A stretch of 64,000 bases of DNA, from assembly GCA_044347615.1 (NCBI GenBank), contig JBIKUK010000003.1, positions 139,895 to 203,894 of the forward strand, given 5' to 3'. This document shows positions 57,391-64,000 of the stretch, in pieces; position 1 is the first letter of the stretch; the number at the start of each line of letters is the position of its first letter. The position numbers were made by a program, and so were the translations under genes. Source of the stretch: Bdellovibrionota bacterium (GTDB taxonomy: Bacteria; Bdellovibrionota; UBA2428). A model generated the notes under the pieces. That model saw only the letters and a program-made list of their open reading frames with translations. It ran no database searches and was not told the DNA's origin.

Positions 57391-58662
57391 TTAAATTTCC
57401 TCCTTGAATAAAGGTTTTGTTAAAGAAATCTGTGCGCAACCAATACTCTTTTCTCTAAAACCACCCTCGCAGTAGGCAAAATAGAATTGCCACATGCGAT
57501 AAAGCTCATCGGAGTACCCCAAAGAAAGCACCTCTGCCTTCCTTTCTCTCAACGAATCACTCCACGACCTCAACGTTTTTGCATAGTGAATTCCAATGTC
57601 TTCCAAATTGTCTAATTTAAAATCAGTTTTTTTCTTAATCGCATCCGACATGGCATGTACCGATGGAATGCCTGAACCAGGGAAAATATGGCGTTGAATA
57701 AAATCAACATTATTTTTCGCTTGATCATAGTACTGATCTCGAATCGTAATAGCTTGCAACAACATTTGCCCATGAGGCTTTAATCGTCGGCTACACACTT
57801 CAAAATATGTTTCTAAGTGATCAAGTCCTACGGCTTCAATCATTTCTATCGAAACAACTTTGTCAAAAGTACCTTCAAGCAACCGGTAATCTTTCAAAAG
57901 TAAGGTAATCCGATCTTGAAGATGAGCTTCGCGAATTCTTTTTTCCGCAAGCTCATATTGCTTTTGAGAAATTGTGGTGGTCGTAATGCGACACCCGTAA
58001 TTTTGGGCGGCATGAAGAGCAAAGCCGCCCCATCCTGTTCCAATTTCAAGAATATGATCAGAAGGCTTGAGATTTAGCTTGCGGCAAATGCGATCGTTCT
58101 TTTCTGTTGAAGCCTCAAACATGGTGGAATCAGCTTTCAAAAAGACACCACTGCTGTACATAAGAGTTGAATCAAGGAATAAAGAAAAAAAATCATTCCC
58201 TAAATCGTAATGGGCGCGAATATTATCTTTCGATCCAGAGAGAGAGTTCTTTTTGAGTCGGTGACTTAATTTAGCAAAAGGAGAGAACAAAGCACCTGCT
58301 CCTGCATCAAGAGCATTAAGAATATCCCTATTCAAAACAAAAATTCGAACCAAAGAAACAAGATTGTCACAATCCCAATCCGCTTCCATATAGCTTTCAG
58401 CCGCTCCAATAGAGCCCCCTAAAGCCATACGACTATAAGCTCTCAATCGATGAATTTTAATTTGAGCCTGATAACAAGCTGGAGCGTTTCTATCCCCTAA
58501 CGCAAAAGACCCTTCCTCAGGATCTATAATCTCAACAAATGAATCTTTAATTCCAGAAAGTTTTTTTATTAATAGATCTCGACACAATTTATCTGCAAAA
58601 CCTGCTTGCAATAAATTTCTTACAGAAAGTCGAGGCCGAGTCACTTCACGAGCAGCTGTCAT
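57391..58662 (-). CDS. cfa: cyclopropane-fatty-acyl-phospholipid synthase
   Basis: ILEIGTGWGGFALHAAQNYGCRITTTTIS is near-identical to the E. coli Cfa SAM motif region. 423 aa. Confidence 0.85.
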   Translation of the reverse strand: MTAAREVTRPRLSVRNLLQAGFADKLCRDLLIKKLSGIKDSFVEIIDPEEGSFALGDRNAPACYQAQIKIHRLRAYSRMALGGSIGAAESYMEADWDCDNLVSLVRIFVLNRDILNALDAGAGALFSPFAKLSHRLKKNSLSGSKDNIRAHYDLGNDFFSLFLDSTLMYSSGVFLKADSTMFEASTEKNDRICRKLNLKPSDHILEIGTGWGGFALHAAQNYGCRITTTTISQKQYELAEKRIREAHLQDRITLLLKDYRLLEGTFDKVVSIEMIEAVGLDHLETYFEVCSRRLKPHGQMLLQAITIRDQYYDQAKNNVDFIQRHIFPGSGIPSVHAMSDAIKKKTDFKLDNLEDIGIHYAKTLRSWSDSLRERKAEVLSLGYSDELYRMWQFYFAYCEGGFREKSIGCAQISLTKPLFKEEI

Positions 58663-59440
58663 ACTTGAACTCCTTGTTTTTAGGATGCGAAAAAAAAGGG
58701 ATCCCCTTTAATTTTAAAATTAGTGCTTGAAAATAAATAGCCACAAAAGCTTTAAGAGTTAACAAGGGATATGAGATAAGTGTCATACACACATTCCAAG
58801 GATTTAGCTTTCGACTCTTTAAAAGCATAGTCGCATCAAAGATTTTTTGGGACCCCTCGAAACCAAAATTTTCCATATGCACGCTTAAAAGCTGCCCTTT
58901 GTCATAACCCCTAAAGTCTAAAGAAGGAGAACTAAAAGACCAACTGTATTTTTGCTCCATCGGCAAAAAGGGTGAGACATGAAAATCTTTTTCAAATTTG
59001 AAATTTTGTATTTTTTCTTGAACGTTACATTTTAAAACATAAGTATGCCGCTCATTCCAAGGAGTGTTTGTAATTTCAGCAACAATAGCCTGCAAGACCT
59101 CATCTTTGGAATAACAATAATAAAAACTCACAGGATTAAAACAAAACCCTAAATATCGAATTTGCGTTAAAAGACGAATAGCACCTTCTGGTCTAAAGCC
59201 TAAAATCTCAGCAACTTTTGAGCGAACACTCTCATCAAGTGAAAGCCCAGGATTTCCCAAATAATCTGATCTTCGAAAACTTAAAAAACCAGCTTTTTGT
59301 GAAAACAAAAAAGGTATTCGAAATAAATGATCTATTTCCGCTAAGTCCAAATAAAACAAAGCGACATTGTAATTAAAAAAATGTTTTTTAGGAGAAAATC
59401 GACGGTGTCTCAACGTCCCTGTGTAAAGAGCACTTTTCAA
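58646..59440 (-). CDS. DUF1365 family protein
   Basis: ALYTGTLRHRRF N-terminus typical of DUF1365. Conserved position between amine-oxidase-like gene and cfa. Confidence 0.75.
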   Translation of the reverse strand: MKSALYTGTLRHRRFSPKKHFFNYNVALFYLDLAEIDHLFRIPFLFSQKAGFLSFRRSDYLGNPGLSLDESVRSKVAEILGFRPEGAIRLLTQIRYLGFCFNPVSFYYCYSKDEVLQAIVAEITNTPWNERHTYVLKCNVQEKIQNFKFEKDFHVSPFLPMEQKYSWSFSSPSLDFRGYDKGQLLSVHMENFGFEGSQKIFDATMLLKSRKLNPWNVCMTLISYPLLTLKAFVAIYFQALILKLKGIPFFSHPKNKEFKYDSCS

Positions 59441-60693
59441 AATTCACACCCAAGAGAAGAAGCTACCCTCAATCCGCTCTTCACCCCATCTTCATGAAAG
59501 CCAAAACCCCAGTAAGCTCCACAAAAATGAAGGCGATCTTTTCCACTCACTTTGTGCCATTCATTTTGAGCACTTACAGCTGCCTGAGTATAAATAGGAT
59601 GATCATAGACAAAACGACCCAAAATTTTCTTAGAATCTATTTGCTCCGTCATATTCAACGAAACACAAAAAGTTTCAGGCGCCTGTAACCCCTGCAAAAT
59701 ATTCATATTGTAGGTCACAGCCACATTTGATTTTTCTTTTTGAGGAATCCAATAATTCCAAGCAGCCCAGGCCCGCTGTGATTTTGGCAGGACAGAAATA
59801 TCTGTATGTAAAACCGTATCGTTTGCTTGATAGGCAAAACAAGACAAAACATTTCTCTCTTCCTCAAAAGGAGAATCAATCATCGCCAAGGTTTGATCCG
59901 AGTGAGAAGCGAATACAACTTGATCGAAATCCTCTTCCCGTTGTTGCCCGTTTTCTAAAAAATAAAGTCTCACTCCCGCCTCTAAGCGTTTCACTTTTTT
60001 TACGGGATAATTGAGTCGAATTCGCTCCTTAAAGCTTTTTATTAAAGGCTCTATATATGAGTGAGAACCACCCTTTATAACTCGCCAAACGGGACGCTCA
60101 TTGACACTGATCATTCCGTGATTTTTAAAAAATCGAATAAAATATCCCAATGGAAAATCTTCCATTTGCTTGGTAGAGGCCGACCAAATAGCCGCTCCCA
60201 TAGGAACGATGTAATGATTTTTAAATTCTGCAGAGTATTTGTTTTGAAGCAAAAACTCCCCCAACGTTAAATTATCTGCAAGTGGATTTCCGACCAAAAC
60301 TGTTGCTTCTTTATTGAATCTCAAAATATCGAAAACCATTTTGTAAAAACTGGGATTTATCAAATTTCTTCTTTGAGCAAAAAGACCATTCAAATCAGTT
60401 CCGTTGTACTCAAGGCCAGACGATTCAGCTTTGACGCTAAAACTCATTGATGATTCCTGAGAAGCAACCCCAATCTGATTCATGAGTTTTATAAAATTTG
60501 GATAAGTCCAATCATTGAAAACAATAAATCCTGTATCGATAAAATATTTTCCAGATTCTACTTCGACAGGAACCGTGTGAGTATGGCCACCGATATAATC
60601 ACCTGCTTCAAAAACATGAACTTCATGTTTTTTTGAAAGCACGTAGGCTGCTGAAAGACCCGAAATCCCCGATCCAACAACAGCAATTTTCAT
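59437..60693 (-). CDS. FAD/NAD(P)-dependent oxidoreductase (amine oxidase family)
   Basis: KIAVVGSGISGLSAAYVL dinucleotide-binding motif. Confidence 0.85.
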   Translation of the reverse strand: MKIAVVGSGISGLSAAYVLSKKHEVHVFEAGDYIGGHTHTVPVEVESGKYFIDTGFIVFNDWTYPNFIKLMNQIGVASQESSMSFSVKAESSGLEYNGTDLNGLFAQRRNLINPSFYKMVFDILRFNKEATVLVGNPLADNLTLGEFLLQNKYSAEFKNHYIVPMGAAIWSASTKQMEDFPLGYFIRFFKNHGMISVNERPVWRVIKGGSHSYIEPLIKSFKERIRLNYPVKKVKRLEAGVRLYFLENGQQREEDFDQVVFASHSDQTLAMIDSPFEEERNVLSCFAYQANDTVLHTDISVLPKSQRAWAAWNYWIPQKEKSNVAVTYNMNILQGLQAPETFCVSLNMTEQIDSKKILGRFVYDHPIYTQAAVSAQNEWHKVSGKDRLHFCGAYWGFGFHEDGVKSGLRVASSLGCEF

Positions 60694-60702
60694 AAAATAA
60701 TC

Positions 60703-61869
60703 CTACCCAGGAAGATTTCCTTTATTTAATTCACGAGCCAAAATTATTCGCATCACTTCATTGGTACCTGCGCCAATCTCAATTAATTTTGCGTCGCGCA
60801 TATAACGCTCAACAGGATATTCCTTGGTGTACCCATACCCCCCTAACATTTGAATTCCATCAAGAGCGATTTTGGTTGCACGGTGAGCCGCAAAAAGTTT
60901 TGCGCTTGTTCCTAGAAGAAGTGCCTCACGAGAATCCAGCCCCTTTCGTTCAATCGCCGCAGCTGCTTCATACGTTAAGCTTCGGGCTGCAAGATATTCA
61001 GCTGTTGCATCGGCCAACATTTTTTGAATCATTTGAAAATCAATCAAAGGCATATCGAATTGTTTGCGCTCTTGAGTATAGCGAGTGCAATATTCAATTG
61101 TGGCTTTCGAGATACCCAATGAAATCCCTGCAATTGTCACTCTCTCTAAGAGTAGGTTGTGACTCATATGCGCAATAGAACTGGCTTCTTCTCCCACACG
61201 ATTGGCAACGGGCACTTTGCAATTTTCAAAAATAAGCTCGCTTGTTGGAGAAGCCCGCATTCCTAATTTATTAAGTTTTTTTCCAACTGAAAAACCAGGA
61301 GCATTTTTCTCAACGATAAACGTCGTAATGTCTTTTCTAGAAGGACCCGTCTTTGCATAAACCCAAAAAAAGTCTGCATAGGGGCCATTTGTGATCCACA
61401 TTTTTGTTCCATTTAAAATGTAATGATCGCCTTCTTTTTTAGCTTGTAACTTCAAACCAAACGCATCACTCCCCGCGCCGGGCTCACTAATAGCCATCGC
61501 TCCCAACCATTCACCCGAACAAAGCTTTGGAAGATATTTCTTTTTTTGCTCTTCAGAGCCGTTTTGACTTAAATTATTCACAGCCAAAATTGAGTGCGCT
61601 AAATAGGATAACGTCGTTGAGGCACAAACGGCTCCCAATTCTTCCATAACAAGAGTGGCAGCAATGGCTCCCATGCCCGCTCCGCCATGGGCCTCATCAG
61701 AGGTAATGCCGAGCAATCCCATTTCACCAAGCTTTTTAAGGGCTTGGTGGTTAAAACCCTGCTTCTCATCAAGCTCTTCAGCCTGGGGCTTAAGCTCCGT
61801 TTCGGCAAAACGGCGCACGGATTTTTGAAGTTCATGGTGAAAGTCCTCAAAGAAAAGACTCATAATCAT
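60703..61869 (-). CDS. acyl-CoA dehydrogenase
   Basis: Typical ACAD layout: EWLGAMAISEPGAGSD, C-terminal MQMLGGYGYTKEYPVERYMRDAKLIEIGAGT. Confidence 0.85.
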   Translation of the reverse strand: MIMSLFFEDFHHELQKSVRRFAETELKPQAEELDEKQGFNHQALKKLGEMGLLGITSDEAHGGAGMGAIAATLVMEELGAVCASTTLSYLAHSILAVNNLSQNGSEEQKKKYLPKLCSGEWLGAMAISEPGAGSDAFGLKLQAKKEGDHYILNGTKMWITNGPYADFFWVYAKTGPSRKDITTFIVEKNAPGFSVGKKLNKLGMRASPTSELIFENCKVPVANRVGEEASSIAHMSHNLLLERVTIAGISLGISKATIEYCTRYTQERKQFDMPLIDFQMIQKMLADATAEYLAARSLTYEAAAAIERKGLDSREALLLGTSAKLFAAHRATKIALDGIQMLGGYGYTKEYPVERYMRDAKLIEIGAGTNEVMRIILARELNKGNLPG

Positions 61870-61904
61870 TTTCTAATCGAGAAACAGGAACTAAGCTAGA
61901 GACC

Positions 61905-63014
61905 ATGAATATTGCGAATTCCATTGAAGAGCTCGTAGGGTCAACCCCCCTTTTGAGGCTTTCAAAATCTCTTAAAAACATCCCTGCTGGGAAATGGATG
62001 ATCGAAGAAAAAAAACTCTCTCATGCTTTTTCTTTAAAGGGCGATGTTTTGAGCAAGATTGAATTCTTAAATCCCGCGGGAAGTGTCAAAGACAGAATAG
62101 CCATTCACATTGTAAATAAAGCTGAGCAACGGGGCGAACTCAAAGCTGGCTCGACAATTGTTGAAGCCACTTCGGGAAACACAGGGGCTGGACTGGCCAT
62201 GGTTGCCGCAAAAAGAGGCTATAAAGCCGTATTTGTCATGCCTGATAAAATGTCTGCTGAAAAAATAAACGCCCTAAGAGCTTTTGGTGCTAAAGTTGTG
62301 ATCACGCCGAACACAGTTCCCCCTGAAGATCCTCGAAGTAACTACCGTGTGGCAGAACGCTTAGCCAAAGAAATTCCGAATGCTTTTTTGGCCAACCAAT
62401 ATCACAACCCCGACAACCCTGAAGCCCATTATTTTTCAACAGGTCCCGAAATCTGGAAGCAATGTGAAGGCAAAATCGATTATTTCATTTGTGGTCTTGG
62501 AACCGGAGGAACCGTCACAGGAATTGCAAAATATCTTAAAGAAAAAAATCCCAAATTAAAAGTTATTGGAATCGATCCCATCGGAAGCCTTTATTACGAC
62601 ATTCTCAAAACTGGTCATGGAACGGGCGCGAAAACTTATCTCGTCGAGGGAATTGGAGAAGATTTTGTTCCCAGCACCATCGATCTCAAATTGATTGATG
62701 AATGCATTTATGTGAGTGATACCGAATCTTTTTCGGCAACCCGAATGCTTGCGCAGGAAGAAGGCCTTCTTGTAGGGGGATCTTGCGGTTCTGCTTACTA
62801 TGGTGGCGTACAATACTTAGGTTGGCTTGAGTCACAAGGACTCACCGATTACAGAGCCGTTATTCTTTTGCCCGATTCGGGAAGTCGCTACCTTTCAAAA
62901 GTTTTCAACGACGTATGGCTTAAAGAAAAAAATGTTCGTACAGAGTGGAACGAGCTCAAACTTGGAGCCGATGTCGAATATATTGAGGGAGCCAAAACTA
63001 TACCCGGTGTTTAG
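61905..63014 (+). CDS. PLP-dependent cysteine synthase / cystathionine beta-synthase family enzyme
   Basis: PLP lysine region LNPAGSVKDRIA. Glycine-rich GTGGT loop. Confidence 0.85.
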   Translation: MNIANSIEELVGSTPLLRLSKSLKNIPAGKWMIEEKKLSHAFSLKGDVLSKIEFLNPAGSVKDRIAIHIVNKAEQRGELKAGSTIVEATSGNTGAGLAMVAAKRGYKAVFVMPDKMSAEKINALRAFGAKVVITPNTVPPEDPRSNYRVAERLAKEIPNAFLANQYHNPDNPEAHYFSTGPEIWKQCEGKIDYFICGLGTGGTVTGIAKYLKEKNPKLKVIGIDPIGSLYYDILKTGHGTGAKTYLVEGIGEDFVPSTIDLKLIDECIYVSDTESFSATRMLAQEEGLLVGGSCGSAYYGGVQYLGWLESQGLTDYRAVILLPDSGSRYLSKVFNDVWLKEKNVRTEWNELKLGADVEYIEGAKTIPGV

Positions 63015-63055
63015 ATATATTGAAATGTGTTAGCTTCTTCTTGAAATGAAAATTC

Positions 63056-64000
63056 AAGGCGAAACAAAAAATCGACTCAAAAAATTTTTAAATCTCAAAG
63101 AAAAAAGTTTAGCCATTCACGGAGGCCAAGAACCAGACCCTATCACAGGTGCGGTGATGCCCCCCATTTATCAAACCTCTACCTATGCTCAAAAAGCTCC
63201 CGCTCAACCTATTGGTGAATTTGAATATTCTCGCTCGCACAACCCCACAAGACGCTCCCTTGAAGATTGCCTCGCTCTTTTGGAAGGAGGTACCTACGGA
63301 CTCGCAACATCAAGCGGGATGAGTGCGATTCATTTGGTGCTTGGACTCTTAAGCCCAGGTGATGAAGTTCTTTGCGGAGACGATGTTTACGGAGGAACTT
63401 ATCGAATCCTTACCACTATTGCTAAAAGACATGGACTCAAAGCAAAGTTTTTGAATTTTACTGAACTCGATAAAAATCCAAAACTTATCGAAGAAAATTC
63501 GAGCAAAAACACAAAACTTGTTTGGCTTGAAACTCCCACTAATCCCACTCTTAAAGTTTTTGATATTCAAAAAATTGCGGCTATTTGCAAAAAAAACAAA
63601 TGGCTTCTCTGTGTTGATAACACCTTTATGACTCCTGTTTTTCAAAAACCACTTTCACTCGGAGCAGATCTCGTTATTCATTCTCTCACCAAATACATTG
63701 GCGGACACAGCGATACAGTGGCGGGAGCCATTATTACTAACTATTCAAAGCTTGCCGATCAACTTTATATTGACCAAAACTCTGTGGGATCTATTTGCCC
63801 TCCATTTGACTCCTGGCTTTTATTGCGAAGCTTAAAAACACTTCCTGTGCGAATGCGTGCCCACCAAGAAAACGCGCTCTCTCTTGCAAGTTGGCTTGAG
63901 AACCATCCCAAAATTCAAAAAGTCATTTACCCTGGACTCAAATCTCACCCTCAACATTCTCTTGCCAAAAAACAGATGCTTGGTTTTGGAGGAATGCTCA
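63056..64000 (+). CDS. Cys/Met-metabolism PLP-dependent enzyme (cystathionine gamma-lyase/synthase family), 3' end outside window
   Basis: HGGQEPDPITGAVMPPIYQTSTY...EYSRSHNPTR are the N-terminal MetB/MetC-family motifs. SLTKYIGGHSD contains the PLP lysine. Reads to the window end. Confidence 0.8.

Noticed and set aside
1-64000. CRISPR arrays, tRNA/rRNA genes, IS elements/transposases/integrases
   Set aside because: No regularly spaced direct repeats, no tRNA-like cloverleaf sequences in the intergenic regions inspected (8216-8350, 9527-9600, 11459-11606, 12431-12570, 27888-28059, 33402-33543, 40379-40519, 41927-42007), and no transposase/integrase-like ORFs.

Overview
Taxonomy: AT-rich (~42-45% GC), gene-dense chromosomal window of a Gram-negative bacterium. 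Many predicted lipoproteins with L-L-S-C lipoboxes and paired M16 peptidases suggest a Bdellovibrio-like predatory lineage; this is a tentative inference. No rRNA, tRNA, CRISPR array or obvious IS/transposase was found by eye. Housekeeping blocks: rplU-rpmA-obg, with a clear intrinsic terminator after rpmA; nadD; an M16 peptidase pair; a lipA-E1alpha-E1beta-E2-lpd-lipB operon (2-oxoacid dehydrogenase complex flanked by both lipoylation genes); ubiE; aroC and a multidomain AroK-X-AroE fusion; prpB-prpC; queA and an N-terminally extended queH; a cfa / cfa / DUF1365 / FAD-oxidoreductase / acyl-CoA dehydrogenase block; and a cysteine synthase/CBS-family enzyme followed by a cystathionine gamma-lyase/synthase-family enzyme. 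Candidate novel systems: (1) a 1330-aa protein with an N-terminal signal peptide, two tandem ClpA/B D2-type AAA+ modules (the first with degenerate Walker motifs) and a C-terminal FtsH-like M41 zinc-protease domain, preceded by a 468-aa secreted protein. (2) A three-gene minus-strand cluster with two tandem paralogous cysteine-rich secreted proteins (552 and 582 aa) of no recognisable family. (3) An apparent RNA end-healing-like operon: a 2H cyclic phosphodiesterase fused to a large unknown domain, a CysQ-type 3'-phosphatase and a T4-PNK-like P-loop kinase. (4) A cobalamin-dependent methionine synthase lacking its reactivation domain, adjacent to a RACo-like [2Fe-2S]/ASKHA reductive-activase homolog, a YitJ-like bifunctional homocysteine methyltransferase/MTHFR and a BtuB-like TonB-dependent receptor. 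(5) An F420H2-dehydrogenase-beta-like gene interrupted by an in-frame TAA inside an A10 tract, next to a polysaccharide pyruvyl transferase. Limits: all calls are from motif recognition by eye; no database search was possible.
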